A model generated the notes under the pieces. The model was not told the DNA's origin and did not search any database. It saw only the letters and a list, made by a program, of their open reading frames with translations. A stretch of DNA of 64,000 bases from an uncultured cyanobacterium. Its GTDB lineage: Bacteria; Cyanobacteriota; Cyanobacteriia; Cyanobacteriales; CAWCAG01. Made by a program: the position numbers and the translations under genes. This document shows, piece after piece, positions 30,118 through 40,273 of the stretch. Location of the stretch: contig CAWDOD010000002.1 in NCBI GenBank assembly GCA_963803805.1, positions 1,184,001 to 1,248,000 of the forward strand, given 5' to 3'. Within the stretch, counting starts at the first letter, position 1. Every line of letters starts with the position of its first letter.

Positions 30118-30747
30118 TTAATAGTCGTCTCGCTCAATATTTTGAACATATCTTGTTCTACGAGGAGAAGCTAATTCTGGATGTCTTCCTGGTAAGGCTT
30201 GGGAAGTTGGTAAATTCATAGGATGGAAGACATGGGTAGTACGGGGAGTACGTTTTGGTTGGGCGGCGATTGCAATTAAACCCACTAGTAAAACACTGCC
30301 AACCACCACTAAAACCACAACTATACCACCTACAGCCCAAATCATCCCTGTTTGAAAGGTTTTTGCCTGTTCTAGGGCTTCTGGGGTAACTTGTTGACTT
30401 TGGACTTGTTCGAGAACTTGTCTTGTCTCCGTGTTTTGTTGATCAAGTTGTAATTTGAGTTGCTCGGTGGCAGTTTTTTGTTGTTCGAGTTCCGTCATCA
30501 GTTGCTCTGTAGCAACCCTTTGTTTCTCTAAATAAGCTCTTAGCTGCGGATCAACATTTAAAGCTACCGTCGCCGGATCAGAGGGCGCTGGAGTTGTTCC
30601 TAGGGGATCAGTAGTTACTGTAGGTGCGCCGGGTTGAGTTTGCATTGGGAAACTAAGTTGCCCAACTCCTTGCCCTCCTCTAAATAAAAGGAGAGTAGCA
30701 ACTCCTGCCATGGCACACCCTGTTAAGAATGCCGTAGTATCACTCAT
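30118..30747 (-). CDS. Membrane protein: hydrophobic N-terminus, Q-rich coiled coil, C-terminal TM helix; PatN-like
   Basis: Architecture seen directly; resemblance to Nostoc PatN is from memory. Confidence 0.5.
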   Translation of the reverse strand: MSDTTAFLTGCAMAGVATLLLFRGGQGVGQLSFPMQTQPGAPTVTTDPLGTTPAPSDPATVALNVDPQLRAYLEKQRVATEQLMTELEQQKTATEQLKLQLDQQNTETRQVLEQVQSQQVTPEALEQAKTFQTGMIWAVGGIVVVLVVVGSVLLVGLIAIAAQPKRTPRTTHVFHPMNLPTSQALPGRHPELASPRRTRYVQNIERDDY

Positions 30748-30912
30748 TTATTTTCTTTCCCTCACACTACGGCTGAATGCAGACCTTTTGGTTGGTTCTG
30801 GATTCACCTTGGGTTTCAAAAATTATAACTAAACTTACTCGACTATGAATGGTAGCACCAATATTCGTTTAGGGCAATTGGGTAAATTCATCCCTGGCAG
30901 TACACAATACTA

Positions 30913-32859
30913 TTATTCTAGAGCCAATCTTCTGGTATCTTCCACCATACGAATGAATTCTTGGCGATATCCTTCTCGATCTTCTCCTTTACCTTCCCTG
31001 GCTAATTCTAATATTTGATTGAAGGTAGTTGCTCCTTTATACTTAGATTCCCTTAGCATCATGCCATAGGCTGCTACAGCAGCAGAAAATTTAAAATCCC
31101 TAGAAGCTTCTTCTAGTGTGAGGTTCGCGTCAGTGAGGGGATTGGCAATCAGTTGAGAGGTTTCTCCCTGGGGTTCTTTGTAACGTAATTTTACATTTAG
31201 TAATTCATTCCCCATAGAGGTTTCTGTATTTATAGGAGGGGTTTGGTAGCGCAGAGGATCTATTTCTGGTAATTCTAGATCCGTTTCCACTCCCACAGGA
31301 ATAATTTCATAAAGGGCAGTAACAGAATGTCCTGCCCCTAATTCCCCGGCATCTTTAGTATCATCGTTAAAATCTTGGTCTTGTAAAAGACGATTTTCGT
31401 AACCGATTAAGCGATATGCTTGAACTTTTTCTGGGTTGAATTCTACTTGCAATTTTACATCTTTAGCAATAGTGAATAGAGTTGCTCCCATTTCCTTGAC
31501 AAGTACTTTTCTCGCTTCTAAAAGACTATCTATATAAGCATAGTTGCCATTACCTTTATTAGCTAATTGTTCTATTTTTGCATCTTGCAAATTTCCTGTA
31601 CCGAAGCCCAATGTAGTGAGAAAAATACCATCCTGGCGCTTTTCTTCAATCAAACGAACTAATTCCGCCTCACTAGAAACACCAACGTTAAAGTCTCCAT
31701 CCGTAGCCAAAATAACGCGGTTATTTCCAGATTTAATAAAGTTATCTTTAGCAAGTTTATAAGCAAGATTAATACCTTCTCCCCCTGCGGTTGAACCTCC
31801 CGCTTCTAAACTATTTATAGCCGCCAGAATTTTATCTTTTTGATTCCCAGGGGTAGGAAGTAGAACGACTCCTGCCGCCCCAGCATAAACAACAATGGTG
31901 ACGCGATCATTGCCATCTAATTCATTAACTAAGAGTTGGAAAGCAGACTTTAATAAAGGCAGTTTATCAGGAGAGTCCATAGAACCGGAAACGTCCAATA
32001 AAAAGACCAAATTATTAGGAGGAATATTTTTTTGCTCAATACGTTTTCCTTGCAAACCGATATGGACTAATTTATGTTCTTTATGCCAAGGGGCTTGAGC
32101 TATTTCTGTGGTCAAGGAGAATGGTTTATCACCCTCTGGTTGAGGATAGTTATAAGTGAAATAATTAATTAGTTCTTCAATTCTGACGGCATCTTTGGGA
32201 GGTAGTTCACCTTCTTTAATAAAGCGCCTAACATTACTATAGGAAGCTGTATCTACATCAATAGAAAAGGTTGATAAAGGTTTATTTATAGTTCTAAAGA
32301 AAGGATTTTCATCAATAGGATTATATTCTTCGCGATTAAAATCTTCTGGTAAATTATTATCAGGACGACTAGGAGAAGGATAACGAGTAATTTCAGCATT
32401 ACCACCACTTACTCTTCCTAATGTTCTAAGCGGAATACCAGGAGAAGGCAAATCTCTACGCCCTATTACTTCTGCTTCATTAACCGTTAATACAGGTTTA
32501 AATTTCTGTTGTAACTGTTGCAGTGCGGTGATATCTTCAGGAGAAATAATACTAGCGTTACCTTGATTTTTTATTTCCTCTAGTTTATTTAAACAATCCT
32601 CAACAGCAAGAGCAAAAGCCTCACGAGTTATAGTTTCTTTTATGATAATTTCTTCGCTACATTCATACTTTTTACTAATTGCTTCAAGGGCTTGAAACTG
32701 CTCATCTTCTGCTGTTATTTCTGCTTCTTCTGCCACAGCAGGATCAAGAGAAATCAAGAGTGCGATCGCCAAAGTTAATCCTAAGCAAAATGAGCTTAAA
32801 ATTGCAGCTATGGACGAGATAAATTTATTCATTATTTTCCCCTCTTTAGAAATATTCAT
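30913..32859 (-). CDS. YfbK-like VWA domain protein with signal peptide and SLH-like N-terminal module
   Basis: STFSIDVDTASY, MIDAS DVSGS, ATDGDFNVG, YRLIGYENR and FNDD.KDAGE. Confidence 0.88.
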   Translation of the reverse strand: MNISKEGKIMNKFISSIAAILSSFCLGLTLAIALLISLDPAVAEEAEITAEDEQFQALEAISKKYECSEEIIIKETITREAFALAVEDCLNKLEEIKNQGNASIISPEDITALQQLQQKFKPVLTVNEAEVIGRRDLPSPGIPLRTLGRVSGGNAEITRYPSPSRPDNNLPEDFNREEYNPIDENPFFRTINKPLSTFSIDVDTASYSNVRRFIKEGELPPKDAVRIEELINYFTYNYPQPEGDKPFSLTTEIAQAPWHKEHKLVHIGLQGKRIEQKNIPPNNLVFLLDVSGSMDSPDKLPLLKSAFQLLVNELDGNDRVTIVVYAGAAGVVLLPTPGNQKDKILAAINSLEAGGSTAGGEGINLAYKLAKDNFIKSGNNRVILATDGDFNVGVSSEAELVRLIEEKRQDGIFLTTLGFGTGNLQDAKIEQLANKGNGNYAYIDSLLEARKVLVKEMGATLFTIAKDVKLQVEFNPEKVQAYRLIGYENRLLQDQDFNDDTKDAGELGAGHSVTALYEIIPVGVETDLELPEIDPLRYQTPPINTETSMGNELLNVKLRYKEPQGETSQLIANPLTDANLTLEEASRDFKFSAAVAAYGMMLRESKYKGATTFNQILELAREGKGEDREGYRQEFIRMVEDTRRLALE

Positions 32860-33126
32860 TTTCTATCAGTTTTATCCACTGAAAAGAACTTGTATAACTA
32901 ATTCAAAACAATACCCCCTTGGAAAATACTCACCTTGCCACTATAATAAACAATCAGGAACAGCAAGTAGTCTGAGTAAATAACGAATAAAGTTGTACTC
33001 TGGTTGCGTCTAAATCAAGCTTGCTGAGGGTAATTTACTAATTTGTCATGAATGCAGGGAAGGAGAGAAAATACTTCTCATTGTTCCCTTGTGCAGTTCA
33101 GTTCTTAGATTAGGGTTAAAAGTGTC

Positions 33127-33369
33127 ATGCAATATACATTAAACCATGAACAAGAATTGAAGGAGAAAAAAGTGCTTATGTATCCTAACCAAAGTTCTTC
33201 GTTGATAGAAAAACAATCAAGTCTGGAAAATTCAGATAATTCTACTGAAAAAAAGGCAGCGGAGCAAAGAAAAGAAAGGGATAGCAACTCATCTAAACCA
33301 GAGGGGCAAAAAAAAGCGGCAAATTTGAACGAATCTTCTCCTTTAAAGAATTTATTAAATTTAAAGTAG
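33127..33369 (+). CDS. Small hydrophilic hypothetical protein
   Basis: 80-codon intergenic ORF of low complexity; no recognised motif. Confidence 0.35.
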   Translation: MQYTLNHEQELKEKKVLMYPNQSSSLIEKQSSLENSDNSTEKKAAEQRKERDSNSSKPEGQKKAANLNESSPLKNLLNLK

Positions 33370-33507
33370 TAGAAAATTAGTGACGATTTTTGAATAACTA
33401 CATAGCTTAGGGATTAGCAGTTATTTGATCTTGCAATTTGCTTTCTAAGCTATTTTTCCTAACAACACGAATTGTCTACGCATAATAGCTTAATTATATT
33501 TGGAATA

Positions 33508-35541
33508 TTAAAAAGTCGCTTCTGCCTTACGACTTTTTAATAAGTAGGTAGGCATTTTTCCTTTGCCTTTTATATCAACCAAACCTCGTTGTTGGAAATT
33601 ATATTCATCTCTAAGACGCTGAAAAGTTTCTTCTGTTACTTGTATTTCATCAGCAATACCTTGAGATTCCATACGACTAGCAATATTCACAGTATCTCCC
33701 CACAAATCGTAGGTAAATTTTTTCGTACCAATCACCCCTGCCACCACAGATCCTGTATTAACTCCAATGCGGATACTAAATGGTTTCTCTTGGGTGGTAT
33801 TAAATCTCGCCATAACTGTTTGTATATCTAAAGCCATTTCTGCGATCGCTTCAGCATGATTTTCGCGCTGGGTAGGCAAACCTCCAACTACCATATAAGC
33901 ATCACCAACGGTTTTGATTTTTTCTAAGCCATATTTTTCGGTTAAGCGATCAAACTCAGAAAAGATAGCATTAAGAATTTCCACTAATTCAATAGGAGAT
34001 AAAGAAGAAGCCAAATGAGTAAAACCAACTAAATCAGCAAATAAAACTGTCACCTCATCAAAACTATCCGCAATAGTACTGGGTTGCTGCTTTAATCGCT
34101 CAGCAATAGGTAAAGGTAAAATATTTAGCAACAGAGTTTCTGTTTGTTTTTGCTCTTCCCGTAAAGCCAACTCTACTTTTTTCCGTTGAATAAATTGACC
34201 TAATTGATTGCCAATTGCTGTCATAATTTTCAGCACTTCTGGGTCAATTTTCTGTGTTTCTCGACTAAAGAAAGTCATTACTCCCAAAACTTCACCACGA
34301 TTTTGAATTGGGAAACCAAAAGCAGAACTCAAACCTGCTTTGACAGCGAAAGAACTCTGACCAAAATCAGCATCTTCATTAACATTTGTAATCCATTGAG
34401 GACATTGGCTAGCCCAAACTCTTCCTGCTAAACCCATACCAGAAGGAAGATAAATTTGTTTAGTTACTTCAATAAATTTTCCTGCGGCATCAGCATTTTT
34501 TGACCATATTTCCATACGCCTTAAAGAAATATCACTGCTAACTTCAAGATGATTCTTAGAATTTCTATTAATAGTAATAGGAGTCCAAAGTTCTCCAATA
34601 TTCCAACTAAGACTTTCGCAAACAGATTGCAAAATCTCAGGAGTAGCTTGTTCCAAAGAAGAAGTTTCTGAAAGGACTCTGGCTACAGAATACTGAACTG
34701 CTTGACGCTGTTGAGCGCGTTTACTTTGAGTTATATCTCTACCTATATAAATAAAATCATAGCTTCCTTTTAGTTCTGTTTCTACTAAGGAACAAGAAAA
34801 AGAAATCGTTAGATGTTCCCCGCTTTTATTGCGACAAGTTATTTCAATATTTTTGCAAATTCCTTGTTCTTTATTAGCTAATAATTCTCTATGTACGTTC
34901 GTTAAAGATATATTATTATCATTAATTAAAGCTAAAAACTGATTACCAACAAGTTCATTTTCTCCATAGCCTAAAACATCTTGGGCTGCTTGATTAATAG
35001 CTTTAATAGTCCCTTCAAAATCGAGAACAACCATGGCATCAGCCATAGAAGTAATCAATTTACTAAAATACTGTTGTGAAGCACTAAAAGCCTCAAAAAA
35101 GAGATTTGCCTCATTATTAACTTGTACTAAATTTCGTTCTAATAAAATTTGTTCCGTAACATCTTCTAGAAAAACAATCAAACATTTTTGCTCATTCTCC
35201 GGATGTTTGTAGAGATTAACGAATAAATTAATAAAGATAGTATCTTTTTCTTCTCTAAAACGACTAATACTCCGCAACTGTAAATTATCTTTTTCTTCTA
35301 GTAAAATGCTTTGCAAATCTTCTTCATAACCCTGTAATTCTGCAAATCCTAGGCGAATATCTTGTCCTCTATTAATAGTATTTGCTTCTACTACAAATTG
35401 CGTTGCCTTCCAAGACCGATCAATTATAGTTAGGTTACTATCTAAAATAATATATTCTAAATGGTTAGGAACTACAATTCTCCTGGTTAAGGACTTCATA
35501 GGTGCTATGTATTTGACAGAACCGTGCATATGTTTGACCAA
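33508..35541 (-). CDS. PAS-GAF class III adenylate cyclase
   Basis: LLLNILP, VLFADLVGFT, KIKTVGDAYM and YDLWGDTVNIASRME (Lys/Asp adenine specificity). Confidence 0.92.
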   Translation of the reverse strand: MVKHMHGSVKYIAPMKSLTRRIVVPNHLEYIILDSNLTIIDRSWKATQFVVEANTINRGQDIRLGFAELQGYEEDLQSILLEEKDNLQLRSISRFREEKDTIFINLFVNLYKHPENEQKCLIVFLEDVTEQILLERNLVQVNNEANLFFEAFSASQQYFSKLITSMADAMVVLDFEGTIKAINQAAQDVLGYGENELVGNQFLALINDNNISLTNVHRELLANKEQGICKNIEITCRNKSGEHLTISFSCSLVETELKGSYDFIYIGRDITQSKRAQQRQAVQYSVARVLSETSSLEQATPEILQSVCESLSWNIGELWTPITINRNSKNHLEVSSDISLRRMEIWSKNADAAGKFIEVTKQIYLPSGMGLAGRVWASQCPQWITNVNEDADFGQSSFAVKAGLSSAFGFPIQNRGEVLGVMTFFSRETQKIDPEVLKIMTAIGNQLGQFIQRKKVELALREEQKQTETLLLNILPLPIAERLKQQPSTIADSFDEVTVLFADLVGFTHLASSLSPIELVEILNAIFSEFDRLTEKYGLEKIKTVGDAYMVVGGLPTQRENHAEAIAEMALDIQTVMARFNTTQEKPFSIRIGVNTGSVVAGVIGTKKFTYDLWGDTVNIASRMESQGIADEIQVTEETFQRLRDEYNFQQRGLVDIKGKGKMPTYLLKSRKAEATF

Positions 35542-35777
35542 CTTTTACTAAAAAAATAATTTACTAAATAAATAGAATTAAGACTCTTTCATAAGAGTGC
35601 CTTTCTATCAAACTTTTCTATCTGTTTGGTCAAGGTAGATCCCAGTATTTCATATTCAGCTACTTGATAAAGTGATTTCACTTATATACAGGTTGTGAAT
35701 TTCACGGTTATTTAGTGTGATTACGTATGTCTATTGACCGCGATCGCACTTCTCACAAAATTGTGATTAGTTGAGTA

Positions 35778-35805
35778 TGGGTTTGCGATCATGATCACAA
35801 ACCCA
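35778..35805. promoter_or_regulatory. 28-bp palindrome containing a CRP-type box (TGCGA-N6-TCACA)
   Basis: TGGGTTTGCGATCA|TGATCACAAACCCA, 13/14 symmetric; 9/10 match to TGTGA-N6-TCACA. Confidence 0.5.
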
Positions 35806-35963
35806 GATTTTTGCTGATTATCCAAAACCTATCTCTACAGTTGTTGAGTTAGAGAAAGCTTAGCGCTAGCCTTGTTACTATGACTACGCTACAAAGAATC
35901 ATCAGGAATTATTTAGTTAAATAACACAAAAATGCCAATAGGGGCATCACCCCTCAGATATCT

Positions 35964-36491
35964 TTAAGTCACTATGGTAGATGATAGTGTGTGGAACATC
36001 TCGTCTACATCTTTGCCAGTTTTAGCTGAAGTTGTGTAGGTAGCAATCACTTGGGGGAAATCTTGCAGATTATTTTCCGCCAGTAACTTTTCTTGTTTCT
36101 CCTCGTCTAACAAATCGGTTTTGTTAAAAGCAACAATACTAACTCCTTTGGGATTAACTGACTTGAAAAGCTTGATGTGCTGCGGGATATTGTCAATGGT
36201 TTCTGGGCGAGTTACATCGCAGACAATAATCACTCCTGCAGCACCTTGTAAATAGGTAGGGGCGATCGCTTTGAACTTAGTCTGTCCTTCTATATCCCAG
36301 ATGAGCAGTTGTACTTGGATAGGTTCACTCTCACCCTTGTCCTCTAACTGCACCGCCTTGCGGGAAATTTTTACTCCTACAGTGGATAAGTATTGATCGC
36401 TAAACTGGCGATCTACAAAGCGTCGGATTAAGCTAGTCTTACCTACACTAAAGTCACCAATGAGACAGATTTTTTTGGAAATAGTGGTCAT
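35964..36491 (-). CDS. Rab/Ras-like small GTPase
   Basis: G1 GDFSVGKTS, G2 YLSTVG, G3 WDIEGQ, G4 NKTD and G5 TSAK. Confidence 0.92.
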   Translation of the reverse strand: MTTISKKICLIGDFSVGKTSLIRRFVDRQFSDQYLSTVGVKISRKAVQLEDKGESEPIQVQLLIWDIEGQTKFKAIAPTYLQGAAGVIIVCDVTRPETIDNIPQHIKLFKSVNPKGVSIVAFNKTDLLDEEKQEKLLAENNLQDFPQVIATYTTSAKTGKDVDEMFHTLSSTIVT

Positions 36492-36493
36492 TT

Positions 36494-39111
36494 CTAGTTT
36501 GATTTTCCTGGCGGGCTGAACAAATTAAAGCGCACACATCTACTTAACCACATTGGCTGTTCAGGAGTCACATCTGGGGGCATTTTAGCTGTACCGGATA
36601 TTTTAATTCGTTTAGGATCTACTCCTTGCTCCTCTAAGGCTTGTTTTACCGCCTTAGCCCTACCTGTGGCAAGTTCTCTATTTTCTTTTTCGCCTCCTAT
36701 GCGATCTACATGGCCAGTTATTTCCAGTTTAGCCTTGGGGTTAATTTCCAGGAACTCTTGAATAGGAACGATAAACTCACTCATATATTCTGGCTTAAGT
36801 GTCTTAGAACCCAATTCAAAATAGATACGTTCTTCTAAAGCTTTTAATTTTAAGTTATCAATATTAACAGAGTTAACCCCAGCAATTTTTTCTAATTCTT
36901 CAACAATCTTAGGGATATCTGTAGCTTTGTCTACTGTCCCTTTAACAGTAACGATTCTATCTTCATAACTACTGGTAATCTCAATACCTGGTTGTTCCTC
37001 AAGTAGGGCTGTCTTTAATTCTATTGCCGTATCAACTAATTCTGGTGGTACATCTACCGCCACAATTTGATTCTCGATTTTCAAATCGGGATTGTTGGCT
37101 TGGATAATTTCTGTGGCCCTTTCTTTAAGGGCAGGGTTCGGTACTCTTCCGGTTAAAATTAATTTGTTACCCTTCAATTTCGGGGTTATGTTAGCAAAGT
37201 ACAACTCCGGTGCTTGGGCTATCGTTGTAGTAGTTTTTGCTTCAATACGTTCGGCCAGATTAGCTCGATAAAGATAAAAGCCCCAAGGCAAACCTAACAG
37301 AAACAAGATTAACAACGCTAATTTTAAAATTCCTTGGGGAGAACGCTTTTCTGTTTCTTCTTGCTCAACAAATTTCTCTACTGGAGCAAGTTCCATTAGC
37401 CGTTCGAGCCAAGAGTGAATTTCTTCTGGAACTGTGGTGGGATCACCGGCAAAGTTTTTTATTTCACTGCCATACTTCTGATTAATCTTGCCCATAGTGA
37501 AGCGCATTTTTTTGATAAATACATCTGAAGGTTTTCCTTTAAGCACCACCGCCAGATAGCAATAGCCTGCTGGTTCAATAATTACCCTAGAGTTGCCATA
37601 TTCAATTTCACTAAGTTCAGAAATATTTTCTGATTGAATAATACAATCATTAACAAAACCGCGAATAGCTGTGAGCATTCCTGCCAACATATCTGCTTCG
37701 AGTCTTTCGTCTTCTGAAGGCTGAGCTTTTTCAATCACCAACCCAGAAGTTGTCTGAATCAAAAATACCGCCTTAACCGTAAAACCGACTGATTCGAGGA
37801 GAATTAGTTCTGCATCAGATACCCCTTGTACCTTCGCACGCATCTTACGCATTACTCCTTGGGGACTCAAGGTGTGTTCCACTTTTTCGTTAATAGAACT
37901 AACTACTTCTCCCATATATTTAGAGACGGTACTGCCAATTACTGGGTAAAGGGCATCTACCATCGCTTCCCTTTCACATTCGATTTGGGCCCTAATTGCT
38001 TTACCCATTTCCGGCCCTAGGGCTTCAGAAATGGCGTTTTGTTGTAGCTTACTTTGCTCCCTAATTGCTGTAGCGATTTCTGGGGCCAGGGCCTTAGCTA
38101 TTTCTTCAGGAGAGTCTTGAATTTGCTTCCTAATGGCCCCAGGAATTAAATCAGCGATCGCAGAACTCATCGCGCCACGATTTTGGGAAGAGCGTTCTTG
38201 AATAACGCGATCAATAACCGGAACCATACGTCCTAGAATTTGGTCTTGAGATTCAGATAACTGGCTTTTGAGGAGTTCTACCATCAAAGGTACAATCTCA
38301 TTAAGCATCTGTGTGGTTTTGTCGGCTTGATGCTCTACTTGGACAAATTTGTCCTCTAATTCCTCTACTGACTGGCGGAGGCGTTCTTGTTCAATAGATT
38401 CTCTTATAGATAGAGAACGACGGGTCTTAGTTTTGCGAGGTAGCTTTACTTTTCCTGATTTTGCTAGTAGTTCTTGCAAATCATCCCAAACAGAAGATAG
38501 AGTCCTACTAGAGTTCTGCTGAGGCATGGATTCGAGCCACTCAGGGACAGGTAAAGAAGTGGTCTTGTTTTTTGGTTCGGGATGATTATCTTTTGGTACT
38601 TCAGTCGTAGGATTGAGGTTTTCTGAAGTGCTTTCTTCAAAGGAAGGCTGTTCCTGTGAAGGGCTTTCTGTTGAGGAGATAATGCTCTGTTGTTCAGTAT
38701 CAGCTTTCTTTTCCTTCTTTCGCTCTTCTAGCTGAACTTTAGGGGCATTGAGGTTTTCTGAAGTGCTTTCTTCAAGGGAAGGCTGTTCTTGTGAGGAGCT
38801 TTCTGTTGAGGAGATAATGCTCTCCTCAGTTTCGGCTTTATCTTCCTTCTCTTTCTCTTCAGGTTTAGATGAAAAACCTTTTTCTTGAGGTTTAACTACA
38901 TTTTCCAACATCGCCCATAAATCAGCTTGATGCTGGTTCTCAGTTTCTTTTGTAGAGGGAGAAACTGAAGGGGAAGAAAGCTCTTTTTTTCTTCTTGTAG
39001 CTCCAATAATAAATCAACCAATTCTTCCATAGGTTGTTCTTGGGGTGACAATTCTGCTTGGGAACTTAAAAGCGAGTTTTCTTGATTGGGTTGTTCTTTT
39101 GATAACGCCAT
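36494..39111 (-). CDS. Coiled-coil / longin-roadblock-like / TM / BON / OmpA membrane protein, split by a frameshift in an A7 tract near 38984-38990
   Basis: Adding one A joins ORF 38896-39111 to ORF 36494-38911 via ...EEKKELSSPSV...DLWAMLENV. OmpA motifs IYFELGS, ITGHVD..G, N.EL...RA.AV and RCVRF. Confidence 0.8.
38612..38845. repeat. 135-bp tandem duplication (45 aa) in the disordered N-terminus
   Basis: ATTGAGGTTTTCTGAAGTGCTTTCTTCAA at 38612 and 38747; SIISSTES.SQEQPS.EESTSENLN twice. Confidence 0.85.
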
Positions 39112-39414
39112 AAACTGCCGTCCAATATGCTCAATTATTCATTTTCTCTCTTCAGGCTGCGAAACAGTAGTCTGTCACCTTTAGCATGAGACTATAAACA
39201 ATTAAGATATCCCAAGCTCTTAAGTTCAGTCTGCTCGGTTTAAAGGAGTTTGTAATCGCCAACCAGCTTTTTTGGTAGTTAAGTATAGTTTCTGTCAATT
39301 ATACTTAACTACCATAGTAAATGTATTCACTAATCTCAAGTTAGAGTGAGAGACTAGGGCGGCATTTTAAACATTTACTAATTTCGAGTAAGATTCCTTA
39401 AGCTTAAAAGAACT

Positions 39415-40014
39415 TTATTGTTGTTCTGGCAAAAGAAAATCTGCTTGGACATTATTGTCTGAAGCCTCCTTTAAATCGGGAACGAAATCTGCTCCTTTGA
39501 TTTTGATACAAAGTTCAAACAGTACCTCGGCTAAATCATCCCTCGAAACTTTAATATCTTTTAAAGCATCTAGTTCTGCTTCAATCTTGCTGATAATCTG
39601 ATTCTTAAAGCTGTATATATCTTCTTGCAGCTTTTCTTTATTTTGAGAAATTTCTTCTCTAATCGTATCGGTTTTGAGCTTAAAGTCTTGGCTAAGAGTA
39701 TCTATATCTCTGGTTGTGGTTCTTTCCCTTCTAGCGCTATCTTGAATTATTTTATTAATTTCTTCATGGGTAGTTAAGCCCAAGTACTTAATTTTTTTTT
39801 CTAGAGAATTAACAGAATCTTGCAGCTTTTCAGACAAAGATGATTGTATCTCAGATAACTGTTCGCGCATTTCCTGCTTAAAGCCAGTTAAATCTGACTC
39901 CAACTGGTTAAACCTTCCGGCAAATTCTTCTTCTTTGCTACCAAACAATAAGTCGCGAATTTGATCGATATTACCGAGTCTTTCCCGCATCTCATCTTTA
40001 CTAATGTCATTCAT
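39415..40014 (-). CDS. Coiled-coil protein of unknown function
   Basis: NIDQIRDLLFG N-terminal motif, heptad-rich body, KVSRDDLAEVLFEL; RBS GGAGG upstream. Confidence 0.75.
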   Translation of the reverse strand: MNDISKDEMRERLGNIDQIRDLLFGSKEEEFAGRFNQLESDLTGFKQEMREQLSEIQSSLSEKLQDSVNSLEKKIKYLGLTTHEEINKIIQDSARRERTTTRDIDTLSQDFKLKTDTIREEISQNKEKLQEDIYSFKNQIISKIEAELDALKDIKVSRDDLAEVLFELCIKIKGADFVPDLKEASDNNVQADFLLPEQQ

Positions 40015-40273
40015 GTTCTACCTCCATTAATTTAGTTATTAGTATTTTGTGCTGATACTTCCTGATAATTTCTTACAAACTGCCGCTTTCGCTTACTGTC
40101 TAGATACGGTGCAAATAGACAATTATTATTTGTAGTTTGCAATAAAAAGCGCTCAGTCGTTTCGTCTGCTGGCAACTTTGTTATGCACTCGGATACAACT
40201 ATATATCATGGTTAAGCGTATTGGTCAGAAATTCCTCTGCTTCTTGTATCCGGGTTAGTCAAGTCCTGTATTT

